A DNA stretch of 63,610 bases, filler included, from Basidiobolus ranarum (Eukaryota), in the NCBI GenBank assembly GCA_040143965.1. It is 7 parts of 7 records of this genome, joined end to end, with 100 filler letters (N's around TTAATTAATTAA, not from the genome) between each part and the next. Parts side by side here need not be neighbours in the genome. Positions count along the whole stretch, not along the records: positions 9,117 to 18,130 come from JASJQH010007761.1; positions 18,231 to 27,240 come from JASJQH010007762.1; 5 more parts are not named here. One strand, given 5' to 3'. Both the position numbers and the translations under genes were made by a program. Below the pieces are notes generated by a model. That model worked only from the letters and a program-made list of their open reading frames with translations, did no database searches and was not told the origin of the DNA. This document shows positions 11,468 to 25,741 of this stretch, piece after piece. Within the stretch, counting starts at the first letter, position 1; each line of letters opens with the position of its first letter.

Positions 11468-12563
11468 TCTTGTTAATGTTTCCAGGACCTGAAAAGTTGC
11501 CTTGTAAGGTGTCAAACGAGAAGAAACAACTTATATGCATTTTTTAAAGTATATTTTCCGTTCCTCGTCGTTTGTTGTTTAAAAATAGATAGTATAGCTT
11601 AGTAGTATCTCTTCTGTTTGGTCTTCTTCATAATAATCGAGTGATATGAACGGATTAGGTATCCTAAACAGGTTTTCATCCTGTATATTCCAGTCGAAAG
11701 GTGAATTATATGGTTGGGTTAAGGCTAGTTGATGTTGATAGAGCTTTTTGCTACAATATTGACAACTCTCTTCACTAAATTTACAACCAAGTAATCATGG
11801 TAAAGCGATTCAATTGATATACACCTAAAGTTGATCTTTTATTTTTACAACTTTTAATACGAAAATCAAGTCACATGTAGTCAAGACAGATTAGGTAGAG
11901 TTCACATCTCCCACAGAGATCATATTTTTAGTCTCTTGATTGACTGCGTGAACTAATTGGCAATTTGGATCAAACGATTACGATCAATTGGAGTAAAGCA
12001 TCGATCAATCGATCGATAGCCTCTTAGTTTCTATTGAAATTTAAGCTCCTAAATTCGAAACGCCTGGACCTTTGTGTCTTCAAGTGTCAATCAATGTCTA
12101 CTATAAAAGATTCTGATAACAAAGTACCACGATAAATGTGACCAGCAGTCTCACGTATCAAGGCAAAGAATTTTGAAACCTTCTGTACTTTGTGTTCTAA
12201 CCGAAAATTCATCATCTGGTTACAAAACTTACAACTTTTTCAAGTGGCACATGGAGTTACCCAGAATAAAGAACGGACTTCATAAAATTCTATTTCCAAT
12301 TTTGTCCATAGGAATTTTACTTTGACCCAATCATCAGTGCTGAAGAGCCGGTTCAATTTAAGGAATGGTCAATACAGATTCAATTTGATGGGTAAAGGAA
12401 ACGTAGTATTGATCTGTGGAATATTTAAGAGTGTCTCAAGTAGCTCTAAATCCTCATTCACTCTGACTTTCTGGTAAAGTCTGCAAGTAGACAGTATTCT
12501 AAATTTACCTTAACCATTTGCATATCCGGCTCTCTTATAACTCGGTACTACTTACAATTAACC

Positions 12564-13463
12564 ATGAATACAACCTACTTCAACGTCAAGTCCTTCTCTA
12601 GCTGGTCTACTGTCTTGGCTACTCTTTTACTCCTAAGCAATGTCTGCTATGCTACTGCGTACAATAGCAGCATTCCCTCTGAATCATCTCGCCTGGCGCG
12701 TAGAGCTCCAAACATTTGGAACAGTATTGGTTCCTCCTCTTTGGCCAACTGGGGCCTAGCCAAAATTGCTTTTGGTAAGCAAAATTACCAGTTTGTTCGT
12801 GATCCCGCAGGCGGTTCAGACATGGTCTTACAGGTTTTCTATCCCCAGGGTAGTCGCACACCAACCTCGCCCGGAAAGCAAGGTGGTGTTGGATTCTATG
12901 CTGACCCTGTTCAGCTGCAAGATGAAGCCACACTAGAGTACCAGGTGTACTTCCCTAATGGCTTCAATTTCGTTAAAGGGGGCAAACTCCCAGGCTTCTA
13001 TGGAGGATCGGGAGACTGCACCCAGGATAGTCGCGATGGGAATAGATGTTTCTCTACCAGGTTCATGTGGCGGGAAGGAGGAGAAGGAGAGATCTACTCG
13101 TATGCTCCTGACAAGCAAGCAGCCGCATATTGCAATATTCCCCCAGAGAGTGTCTGCAATCCTCAATATGGAGACTCACTAGCTCGCGGCTCATTCAAGT
13201 TTACTCCTGGAAAATGGAGTATCGTCCGTCAGTCAATACGTCTAAACACTGTAGGTAAGCAAGATGGAATACTCAAAGTATGGATGGATGGCCAGTTGGT
13301 CGTTGACTACAGTCAGATGGTATTCAGAACCAAAGCAGATGCTCGGGTTTCTGGTATACTATTTCACACTTTCTTTGGTGGTGCAGACCCATCATATAGA
13401 ACTCCAGTCAACACATCACCTATTTCAAGGGTGTCACACTATCTCCCTCAGTTATGTAAATAA
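12564..13463 (+). CDS. Secreted PL14 polysaccharide lyase, copy 2, intronless, apparent 1-nt frameshift near 13413
   Basis: Signal peptide plus a dibasic RR pro-site, GFNFVKGGKLPG, CFSTRFMWR, GEIYSY and FHTFFGG. Confidence 0.9.
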   Translation: MNTTYFNVKSFSSWSTVLATLLLLSNVCYATAYNSSIPSESSRLARRAPNIWNSIGSSSLANWGLAKIAFGKQNYQFVRDPAGGSDMVLQVFYPQGSRTPTSPGKQGGVGFYADPVQLQDEATLEYQVYFPNGFNFVKGGKLPGFYGGSGDCTQDSRDGNRCFSTRFMWREGGEGEIYSYAPDKQAAAYCNIPPESVCNPQYGDSLARGSFKFTPGKWSIVRQSIRLNTVGKQDGILKVWMDGQLVVDYSQMVFRTKADARVSGILFHTFFGGADPSYRTPVNTSPISRVSHYLPQLCK

Positions 13464-13789
13464 TGATTTGATATTTCCTGAATGCCCCTTTTCGACAATT
13501 CAATTTTATGCGTATAAGATGCAGTAAACTGAACCATTTGTAAACTTTGAATTACCTGATATATTTTCTATCTATGGAATGTGTGATCATTTCAAAAGGT
13601 ATTAAAATATTAAAATAATGGCAACATTAATTCTATAATTTTAATACGATTATGTAAACTTAATATCTTCAGCACTACAATTATGTGCAAATCTATGGTA
13701 TTCAGAACTTACATCTATCATTAACTAGTGAATGTTCAAATCAAATTAAAATTGAACGGACATACTGAGGAGTTAGTAGCGTTGACACA

Positions 13790-14714
13790 TCATTCGATAT
13801 AGTTATACATCTTAAAGTCTTTGAAATAGGAATATTGGTTTTTGGGTGTTCTATAAGATGGATCGGCACCACCGAAGAACGTGTGAAATACTAGACCAAT
13901 GTTGTGTATTCCTTCCTCTGTACGGAACACTGCCTTGTCGTAGTTGATTACCAACTGTCCGTTAGACCACACTCTGATCAGACCATTTTGCTTGCCCACA
14001 TCATTCATACGAAGCGATTGGCGAAGAGTGTGCCATGTACCTGGCACGAAGTGGAACGAACCTCTAGCTAAAGAGTCACCATATTTTGGATTGCACACAG
14101 ACTTGGGTGGAAGTTCGCAGTACTCTCTATTTTGATCTAGTGGAAGGTACGCATAGAGTTCTCCGGCACCTTGTGTTCTCCACATATATCTAAATGAAAT
14201 AGACATTAATTAGTAAATAGAGATAGTATCGCTAGTTAAACTAATATTACCTTGTAGTAACACATTTGCGACTGTTTTTACCGTCTGGACAGGTGCTATC
14301 ACCTCCGTAAAGTCCTGGGAGTTTTCCTCCTTTGACAAAATCGAATCCCTTTGGAAAATAAACCTTGTACTCTAAAGTAACTTCCAGGTCAAGTGGAAGT
14401 GGTTGTGCGTAAAACCCAAAGCCTCCTCTCTTTCCGGGTGATGTAGGTGTGCGACTTCCTTTGGGGTAGAAAACTCGTAAAACCTTGCCTTCAACTCCAG
14501 TTGGATCGTTCACAAACTGGTAGTTATGACGCCCAAAAGATATCTTGGTTATGTTGAATGAGTCCAGGGATGTCGTACCATAGTTATTCCAAGAGCGGGC
14601 AGACGCATGGTCAACCATGTTTTTTGAGGTAGTAAGGGCATGCGCCAGAGTAATAGAGGCTGGAATGAGGAGCAATATGCTGAGTAGTTTAATGCTCATA
14701 TCAGGAAAAATCAT
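13790..14714 (-). CDS. Secreted PL14 polysaccharide lyase, copy 3, 2 exons
   Basis: GFDFVKGGKLPG, TTR|YMWR, GELYAY, FHTFFGG and QYSYFKDF. Intron 14190-14250 lies at the same codon position as in copy 1. The start could instead be ATG 14699. Confidence 0.88.
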
Positions 14715-17700
14715 AACTAATCTTGAGTCAGAGCGGGATACATAACTCTGGATGCTAACGACGCTTATATATCCGTTGACAAAGATTTTCCTACTAGGTG
14801 TCAAACTCCGAACAATCAATTGCTACTGTGGTTTTGGGAAAATGATAATTCCATTCTGGGAATTTGTTCATATATCAGCCACGAAATCAATAAACACTAC
14901 CAACGTATAGCACCTGGTTGAAGGTGTAAGACTTCCAGTGTAGAGTACTATATATGGATACCTCTTTTCTCGTTTTGACCTCGTTTTACATGGGAACAAC
15001 TAGTAGAAGCCGTTTACTTTTGGACGTTGAATAGGAACGAATATCAAGCAACGAAATACAAAAATAGAATGGTTGATATATCTGTATCAATGAAGCCTTA
15101 TCAAGGTTTGATGAGTTATTTTGAATTGTTGGATTAATTTATGCTCATTAAAGAGCAGAAGTCGGATAAACCCTCGAAGAGAGTGGATGCTGATGAACTT
15201 GATTCTTGAAAAAGGAAGGAAACCCTTAAACGATTTCTCTGTTTACAATGCTGGTAACTTCACTGAGGCCAATCAAGTCTGATACCTGGATGTTTCCAAG
15301 AAAATTTACCAACTTTATTTGTAACAGCTACTTCGGTATCATGGCCTACACTATAAATCGCTATGATTTGCTAGTACCTCTCCATTTTGAGAATGGCCTC
15401 GGAGTTTCATGGATAGTGGTACCTAATATATGACTTTAGACAGAAGTTAAAAATACTACATTTAGCTAGTTCTGTCCGAAATATGAACGAAACGGTTTCC
15501 TTTCCTTCACCGAGCAAATACGCGTGGGAGGTATCTATTATAGAAAGGTCATGCAGACATATAATTTCCGGTTCCCAGGTGTTTATCAATCATCCACAAA
15601 AGCCACCGGCATGCATTGACGATCTTGTCTAGCGCATAAATTCAAGTAGAGTAATCTGGATGATAATACGATTTTTGGGATTATTAGCGAAGTGGACATT
15701 GAAACCACACTTGGTACATAGATATTGACTAGAAGTTTGAAGTTGTATGATTCTTTGAAATCGATTTGCAAATCATTTTGGAGTGTTCTAGATGAAAACC
15801 TTACCTTCAGTTGAAATATATTGTCAAGTCCCAATCCAACGTGAGCTCTTTAAGCCAATAAAGACCCTTCATATTAGACACTTTGAATATCCCATAGAAA
15901 CACTTCCTTGAAATACGTCTCAGAATCTCAATCCATTCCTTCCGGTATTAGCTTATCGTTACTGTTATATCTAACCTGCTTCTACTTGGCCACCACTCTT
16001 ATCGATGGGATAAGGTGACTTAGACTATTGTGTAGCATACCATTACCATACCATAGCTTGAATAAAATTGTTTTGATTTAGCAAATAGATATTTCCGGTA
16101 ACCTGATAAAAATAAACCTTGTTTTAAGCATCTTCAGGGTCCGAAATCACATCCCCAATTCTTATAGAATTCCATTTTTGCAACTGCTCACTCGACTTAA
16201 TTAGGCCTACTAACTGGGATTCTTATAATAACTATCGTTTAATATTATTAATCATTTTTGGAGTGTCGTCCTTGGAAACGACGATGGTTAATGCATAATT
16301 CCGATGGATAAGTGGATTTGTCTAGTAAACCATTTAGCAGTTTCATTCTCCAAGTTTGTATATCAATATACTAAATCTGACTTTCAGACCAAAAGAGTGA
16401 TATTAACCAAAGAAGTAGCAGTGGACGTGGATATGGAATTTCCATAGTACACTTTCCTGTTTCCATCTTTACGCTTTCAATATTCTATTTCTATGTATCG
16501 TTGTTTAATTCAAAGCTTGCACATTTTGCTCTTACGTTAAGTCTAGCTCTTTACTTGCAGCCCAATCCGTCGAATCAAGTGGACATATAAATAAACTAAG
16601 CATAAATATATTTATACATACATGTTAATTTGGAAGATATTATGCCTTCCATAAATCACCATTTGTAGGATCCATTTGAGAGTATGTTCTAAAGCTAGGA
16701 AGACTTGAAGCCAACCAAGTGTAACGACAACAAGGAGTCAAGTTGAGAACGCTGACGAGATACGGAAGAAACTCGACATTGTGTAAAGTATTAACTCTAT
16801 GTATATCAAGAAGTGCTTGAAATTCCACTAATCACTTGAAGATCGGATCTCAATGCAAGATGTGAAAGCTATCTACCAATGGGTGCGTTAAAAATACAGG
16901 GTTGTTGTGATTGGTGATCTAGATTCGTTACTGCTGATATCAACTGAAGAGTGTATCCCACATTGAGATGTTGGCCGCAGCAATGATTTGTTCAGATTAC
17001 TTTGGTTTGATACCATGTTCACTCATAAAACAAGATTAGTTAGTATGTCAAATATGTGACTGATAGTTGATTATTTCTAGGTATCTACTGCCAAGTTTTA
17101 CAAGCTTGGAGCAAAATTTAGTTCCAAGGATAAACAAAAGGAAGTGACCAATATATAATATTTTGTCATAGTAATGAAACATGTATAACAATCTCAGTAG
17201 GCTAAAAAATGAGTAGCCAAATCTTGGGCAGTAGAATGTGACCTATTGAGTTCTGATATGAGGATGACTTACAAATGCAAATCTAATGCACTGTTTAAAT
17301 CTTACCAACATTTGAACTAATGTGTATAGCAACTTTTACTCAAACAACATTCAACAGTAAGTACCATCTTGATGCATTTTTGTAGGTGTATTTCTTCATT
17401 TCCATTCATTCACATACCTCCCTCCACTCTCGACATAGATATAACTCATTGTATATTATCTAGTTCTACTGTACACCCGAGATATTCGTAATGGTGAGAT
17501 ACAATAGTTATACCAAAGTTGGAAATAAAAGTATTACTAACACTATGCAGTTCATCTTTGTATCAACATTACTGCAGCTAACCAATCACTATCATATGCA
17601 TGGTGTATATGGGAAATTGTTACAGCACGTTTTAGTGATTGGTTATGAGAGTAATCAACTTTCTGTGGAAGTCAACAAATCTGCAAGAAGGCCTCCCGTC

Positions 17701-18230
17701 TTAAAGCGCAAGGCTGAGAAAGTATTTACGATTTGATATTAAATCTAAGAATGTGAGCTGTCTCGTAGTGTAATGAAAATGATTTGTCAAAAAACCGTAC
17801 ATACATATTTAAATTGAATTAACCCAATTTTAGGCTTCGGTTAAATCTTACACAAATTGAAGATCAAAGCTAATAACTTTATAGATAATGCAAATCCGGG
17901 CATCGACATTCGCCACTAACAACCTTATTTGCTAGTTTATACAGACTAATAAGTGTTTATTTCCTTTTATACTTGGTTTAATCAATGCTAACAGCAAATG
18001 CTTACGTCTGTCAAAGGCAGAGCTGGTAATTGATTAGCCTTGGCGAGATCGCTGACTCTAGTGCGCAACTATTCCAACCCAAGAGATAGCCTAAAACAGT
18101 GATCTCCAAGAACTCCGCGTGTACTTTTGTNNNNNNNNNNNNNNNNNNNNNNNNNNNNNNNNNNNNNNNNNNNNTTAATTAATTAANNNNNNNNNNNNNN
18201 NNNNNNNNNNNNNNNNNNNNNNNNNNNNNN

Positions 18231-18368
18231 GTTATAGTTACATTCTACTCCAATTGTCTTGCAGTTGGAACAGATGGGCTGAGTACCATCACAACGTACT
18301 TTCTTTCTGCGACAGTTGTCGCAAGCCCTACTCACACGCTGTCTTTTTTGGCCATCTTCGGCACCCAT
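18231..18368 (-). CDS. Zn(II)2Cys6 fungal transcription factor, N-terminal fragment cut by the contig end
   Basis: RVSRACDNCRRKKVRCDGTQPICSNCKTIGVEC has the six-cysteine GAL4-type spacing. Confidence 0.93.
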
Positions 18369-21300
18369 TGTTTGATAATAAGAACTTTAGAGGAGTGTTG
18401 AATTTACGTTGTTCTCAACTTTGTGAGTTCGATAAAGCTTCAAACTCCACTACAAGTTTTTCTTCTATAAAAAGTCAAGTCAATAAGTAGGTAAGGAATA
18501 AGGAAAATTTCAGACTGAACAGGGAGGAAATACTCGAGCTCGAGTGTACATGAACCTCTAATATTAAGCCCACCCCAACACAAAATGTGGTCGCATCAAT
18601 GATTCAACAATTTCAGTCCTGTATCACTCGGCCCATTTTTGGCACACACCATCTTTGTATGGAAGATTTACATTCCCGATGTAATATGATCCATTGATTC
18701 ATGATCAAATAATCGCTATAATCAATGATTATGCGCTTCCCGCCAATATAGAAGTTACCCCTAAATATAAATCAAACTTACAGCAATACAATTTGGGCTA
18801 AGGGCTCCATAGAACACTAGATGTCATGCATTCTGCGTTTGAGTTGCATCCTTGGTGTATTAGATATTTCCAAGGAGCAGAATGCTATCAAAGCCGGAGA
18901 AGCATGTCTTTGGCTTGTTTCCTTTGATTCACACTTGTCCTAGCGCTGGGTTCATCTGCTAAAAAAAGATACTACCGCGTTGATCGGTGGAAGGTAACAA
19001 TGCCACGATTCAGATCGATTAATGATGTGAATTTGGAGGCGGATTGAACCTTCCGAACTTTACCTCCTGTATGATCCGTATCATGTGACTCGATGACATA
19101 TCCGCACTCAAAGAGTCCAAAGAGTCACCTGTTGGATATTTTTATGATTTCCAAGTGATAGCTTAAAACAATTTCCTGTGTGGTACGAACTCTAATCCGC
19201 ACGGCTACTACTCCCTCGCCGCTAAGAATACCTTCACGCCTCTAACTGTCGTGAAAGGGAATAATTAAATATATTCCAAGGAGAAACACGCTGCTATCAA
19301 TAATAATGATTGATTTTCCTGATCGCACCTTGACCTCGGGTTGAGCTGTGACCATCGACTCCCATTGGCCTGATTTAACTGTGGAAAAAACTGCATAGAT
19401 TTGGATGTTCCAGAAACCACATAATTTCGTAATATGATCTATACTATATGGATTAGTAATAGCTGCAAATGGCTCATTCATCTTGAAAATGTCTAAACAT
19501 GAAGGCAAGTCGCTGGTTTCAATACGTCACCTATTAATAAATACAGTTAAACAAGAACCGAGTGTATTTATGAGCAGTAAGGATTCTCTTTCAGAGACTC
19601 GTATCCAACTCCTTCGTTTGGTAAGATGTCTCGGCGTCCTCACCTCTCCTTCAAGCTGTTGAATATCATTTGATGATTGTTCTGCCGCATTTGAGTTATC
19701 TCTCGTTTGTCCCTCAAATAAATGGGATTCCTAACATGTCCTATTCTTTCCATAACTGCTCAGAATGACTTAATGCAACTCTTGATATGGTGAAATACTG
19801 TGTTCTCTCAAGAGGTTTAGCCATGATAAGCAGCGAAAGAATTTGGTGGTTGGTTGTGATGACTAATCATTGCCCATCCACCCAGCTAAGATCTGGCTTT
19901 GGATTGAGCATGATAGGTAGGATGTATCCTATGCTGCTCATTCACTTCAACAGTAAAGAGTAAGAATGCTAGTGTAGTACATGTATGCGCTAATTTCCTG
20001 GTCCATCGTATGTATTTACAAAGAATAGGTGGATAGATAACCTGCGCCAGCCGGTTAACAGTATACTTGCTTATTCTATGATGCATTCAAATATGGAATT
20101 CGAAATATCTGGTGTTTAATCAATTTTAAGTTTATTCTAAAGAGAAGCCTAACAAAAACGAATACAATACTCGGAGTGACTCACTTTTACTCTTATCCGC
20201 AATGTTTTTATTGTTCCAGGTATTAGGGCTTTAATTCTCTCGCACGCTGAACGTATTTTTCAATACTATGTATACCACATTCAATCTAACCATTTTCTAG
20301 CTCAAGTGGTTGATGGGAGACAAGTCTGAAATAGTAAATTTTACTATACGTAGTATGACCCATTAAGCCATACGAAGGATTTATAGGCACATTATATAGA
20401 GAAAGCTAGGGCATATGTAGAAGAGATGGTCTATTTGGCTAATTCAAGATAGGTAGACCAGTTATGGATGACCTTGGCTATACATACATATGAAACCTGC
20501 AGCAGGCTTTACCAACAGATAAGTTAGGCAATTCCCACTCACAATATAGGTTTAGATACCTAGATATTTACTAATAAGTTGCTGTTATAGTTTGTGGTGG
20601 GATACAGCTCGGAACCAAAATATTTGGGCCTTGAGAAGCCTATTCAGCGATCACTTGATGAAATACTGGGAAATGAGAATACAATTGTATATTATTCACA
20701 CGGGTAAAAACCGGCCAAGCTATCAAAAACTTGTACTTTCTCCTAGATATCTCAGTGATCTATAGACTGCTGTTTCATCTGGGGGACATTACTTCTATTT
20801 ATCATGTGCTTAAATGTTCAGAGTAATTATGAAATATTTCTAAAAGACACCCCTTTCTACTTGAGCTTTCTCTAAAAATCTCATAATACACACACATTTC
20901 TTGTTCTCAGATTCTACTTGAATACAGTCGGGGGCAATTTTCAGTACATATGCTAAACTTGATATCCTCTGGTGTTTCATTTTATTATTCGAACGGAAAT
21001 TTGATGCAAGGTGTTCAGGGTATTAGAAAGAAATTGATTAGTAGGGATATGTTCTATACTTTGCACACCAAAATCGTGTTTCTGTTGTAGATTCATCTCA
21101 GAAATATTGAGAGGACAAACTTCTCTAACTAATTCAAACTCACTAAACTTTTCCCCAGCTTCTTCGACACTGTGGAAATGTAACAATGGCACTGTAGGGT
21201 TGACATCTTGAACACAACAGAATATTGGGATCTTGTGTACAAGAAAGCAAAATATTCCTTACCATGCATTTCATAAATGCAACAGATTAGTATCTCAAAT

Positions 21301-22872
21301 ACACAATGCATAGGCTGTTGGAATAGGAATCATATTTTTTAATTCATATTAAGTCTGAGGAATTTAACAAACGTTTCACTAGACAACAATAGGCAATCTT
21401 AATGCAATGATAACTTAGCAACATGCTGAACTTCCTGTTTAATGTATCTAGGAGAGGTGAGAGTTTGGTAAGGTATCACTTGCAGGGGTCACCCCAAACA
21501 AGTGACTGATAGATTAACTAGGAGTAGGAGGATTCATACATAGTCTATTACTGTGAATCAGATTTTATGGGGGCATGACGTAACATCATAATCTGCTACG
21601 AAATCTGCTCGTAGATTGAGATATCCACTACACTTCACATCACATCCGAGATAGGTTAAAAGTTAACAAACTCGTACATATTTGAGAGTCAATCGTTAAG
21701 GAGTAATACACACAGTTCAGCCAATTTTATCATTGACACCAGGAAATATGTGTGCAGAATTGGTCCCAAACTCGTTTAAACAGAGCTAAAGTTCTCATTT
21801 TCTGTTGCTGTGACTGGTGGCTATTTCGGTGATATTGTTGCTAGATAGATTGAAGAGAGAGCCATATCAGATAGTAAAATGATACTCTCTAACTGGTGCA
21901 TTGTAGAGAGGATACAGATCTTCAGAGTTCGCAAGATTACCAATTCAATAATCTCATAAAACTCTCATTTGGGATAGTATTTTCTTCGGTAATTGCACAA
22001 ATTGAGGCTTATCCTATGTTTGGAGAGTTCAAGTTCAAAATCACATGAACTCTACTTAGCCAATGACTTTTCTTTACAAATGGGAATAATCCTAGGATTA
22101 GTCATAAGACGGAATTATTATTTTCAACATCCTGCCAACACTTGTATTGATCGTCGATTATCTATGATTAGACACACAAATAACTAGGAGGCTTTGCGAC
22201 AGCAATGCACTACACAACTCAGAAGCAAACTCCAACGACCTTGTGACAAATCTGAACAGATATGTGGACTGTCTGTGTGTTATTTCTTGAAAATAATGTC
22301 TGCTTGTTACAATCCCTTTAAGCTAGATGACAAAGATATGTGCCATAAGAATCACTTCTAAATGTCCACATCTTCTGGTTGAGATTTCGCAATAGTGGAG
22401 GATTTGTTCTCAATACTCCTCACCTTGGCCAAATTCCTGTAATATATATATAGCTGTTACACTATTCAAAATCCTGATGCTGGCGGTATGTCGCCATTCT
22501 TTTGAAATCTTACATCACTCCCTTGGTATTAAAGTAACCCTAAAATTCGGATATATCCATCTTTTAAGGTTTAGTGTCAACCTACCCCTATGCTTCATGA
22601 GGGCTGACCAATTGGTTAGGGAACAGAGTGATGGAGATTTGTTGCTCATGGATCAATCATAAGAACATGCAATAGACACACGCAAAGATCTGAAATATGT
22701 CGCCATACTGACCAGAATACCCACAGATGATGTGACACATTTGTCAAGTCAAAGGAAAACTTCGTATTCACACATTTAAATACCAGACAACTCTCCTCAT
22801 TAATGTACAACCTTCTCCTATCTTTTCGACACCATTACCTCCCTACCCAAGATTCCCAATTACAAATATCAT

Positions 22873-24574
22873 ATGGTCAATACGAAAGACTCGGATAGTA
22901 TCACCAGTGTGAGTCCTGGCTCTCGGAAACTAGTCCGCTCCATGGGATTGTTTAGCGGAACGGTAAGCTGGTCTGTACAAATAGTGAAGAGAACCTAACT
23001 GGATATTAAACACGCCATTTGATTTAGATGAATATTGTAGGAACAATCATTGGTTCTGGTATTTTTAGTCTTCCAGCATTGGTTTTTGCCCACATCGGCT
23101 CTCCAGGAATGTCTATCCTTCTTTGGGTTATCGGTGGGATCGTAAGTTTCTCAGGCGTGTTGGGGTACAATGAATTTGGCTGTGTACGTATAACTTCCAT
23201 AGCGTTTGTATGATGTGCTTTGACTGACTTTCTATATTAGATGTTTCCATATAATGGTGGAGAAAAGGAATATCTGGAACAATCCTTCAAAAAGCCCAAG
23301 AAATTGTTTTCTTTTCTGTTCTGCATGTGCTTGATTATTTTCATTCGTAGTAGTTTCTGTGCGGCTATTTCTACAAACATCGGAAATTACATTTTATATG
23401 CAGCATATGGGCCCAGGCAAAGTATCACAGATCCTTTCATAGCTGAACATTTTGACTGGATTGGACGAGCAATAGCATCTGCTTGTCTTATTCTGATTAC
23501 CATCACTCAGATGGTCTCTACCAAGTGGACCCTCAGAATTCAGGATACTCTTTCTATGTTCAAAATCGGATTGCTCGCCCTAGTTGTGGTGACTGGATTC
23601 GTCGTTCTGGGGGGTGGAACCTCCATAAAGCCAATCTTGAATGGAAGCACTATGTTTGATGGAACGTCTCGTGATCCAACAGACTATACCTGGGCTTTAT
23701 TTAAGGTTTTTGCTGCTTATGATGGTAATTTATACATTCTTGAAACCAGTTAGTTGTGAAGCGATACTAACCTGATATTACAGGGTGGAATAACCTAAAC
23801 TACAGCATAGAAGAGTTGAAAGATCCTATCCGCGACCTTCCGAAAGCTACAACCATAGGCTTGGGAACTGTGGTCATACTGTATGTGTTCAGTAATGTAG
23901 CTTTCTTCTCAGCCCTACCATTAGATAGAATCCTATCATCACAGCAAGTAGTCTCTGCTGAATTCTTTGCTATGGTGTACGGCGTTTCTTTTGGCCAACG
24001 TGTACTTCCTATATTTATTGCGTTATCAGCGTACGGCTCAGTATCGTGTATGGCATTTGGTGCATCACGGGTAATTCTTGCATCTGCACGTGAAGGATTT
24101 CTACCATTCGAATCATATTTAGGATCCGTTTCAAGTCTAAATACACCTGCATGGGCTTTATTGCTTAACCTAATCATTTCACTTATACTCATGCTTGCAC
24201 CACCACCAGGGGAGGCATACAATTTCTTGATCGATATGACTGGATATCCCGCATGGATTTTCTATGGACTATCAATGATTGGGCTTGTCTATTTGCGAAA
24301 GAAAGAACCTAATCTACCTCGACCATTCCGCACCTCAATAATCTTCAGTGGACTATTTATTCTTGTTGCCCTTTTTCTAATGGTATTCCCATTTCTACCT
24401 CCTTCTAACCAGAGCGGAACCATTCCATATTACATGAGTCCATTGCTCTCAGTGGTATTCATAATCTTGTGCATACCAGTCTGGTGGTACCGAGTAGGTA
24501 GACATCCCTATGAAGAGCCAATAAGGCACCATGTTGTAGAGGAGAACTACGATACGAAAACTACCCGAGTCTAA
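22873..24574 (+). CDS. APC-superfamily L-type amino-acid permease (MUP1-like), 4 exons
   Basis: Introns 22963-23027, 23184-23240 and 23725-23783. Motifs GTIIGSGIF, GGEKEYLE, AYDGWNNLNY, ASAREGFLPF and EPNLPRPF, plus many TM segments. Confidence 0.9.
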
Positions 24575-25741
24575 GGTGACAGTATAGACGAAAGCTGTAT
24601 GCACTAAAACATATTTCATAGCATTTGTAATCTAGAATCCTCTCTGCACTTTCATACTCTGCCCCAACGAACTCTACCATCTTCGTTAAACCTCAGTGCC
24701 GTTTTGAATTTATTCAATCATGTGATGACCATTAAGACAGCCTGCTAACCACTTAATCAATGTTAGCAGTTGAATATTTATATATAAACTAAACCTTAAA
24801 CGAGTTCAAACCTGAAATGATTTGGTTTCCAGAGAGAACATCCTCTTCCTCTTGGGAGTTGAAGAATACGCAATTCCATATCATGAGATTAAATGAACTT
24901 TGATATACCGACAGGGTGGATATTTATAAATCATGCATATTACCGGTAGCTTCAACGTATGTAACTCAGCAAAACTACTCCAACTTGATTGAGGGAGCAA
25001 TTGACTCGGATTTATATCCCAGTGACCGATTCTTTGAAAGGATCAACCATAATGGTGGGCAAAGTAAGTACCTCCAAAATATATTTTCCTTGGATAAGCA
25101 GGCCAGCTCATGTCAACTAAATTTAGATCTAAGATCTATCCCATTGACCAACGTTGTAATCGCTCCGCTGTGGAGATTCCAAGGAGTTCATTGATTTATG
25201 AATGAATATATAATTAGCACGGCAATATAGATAGCTCTTTGTCTAACCTGATACTGTCTGTGGCAATCAACTAGCAAATTGGTGAATCATCAAATATGAT
25301 CTATAAACGTTCAAGATTGGCACTTGATCTACCAGAGTCTTTTCAATTGATTCTATTACTGGGTGTAGCTATGCAAAATGCGGTAATTGATCTATATTTT
25401 CATTTGTAATGAATCTAGTTAGAGTAATGTTTCACAAACATTGTATCTGCTTAAGTAAGTCTGAAAATCACCTTTTTTAGGATTGACTGAGAAATAAAAA
25501 CTGCTGTAGGGACTTGAAGGAATCGTATGCGGCTTGATCATCTTTGATTTCCTTTTTCTCCGATTCGTTTATCTTCAAGGATAGTTGGGTGGTTCTCATC
25601 TCTTTACATCGCACCTTTACCTTAAAACACGCACCACATCATATTCAAGTAAGTTTCCTACCTTAATGATATGTGTATGGTTTTATTTCTGTATAAGATT
25701 CAAATTAATCCATTCTCAGTATATCACTAGAAACGTCTTCT

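Noticed and set aside
16640-17030. Protein-like minus-strand fragments
   Set aside because: No frame stays open and I recognise no motif.
20300-21320. Possible decayed coding or TE sequence
   Set aside because: Many stops and no assignable motif, so I cannot support a call.
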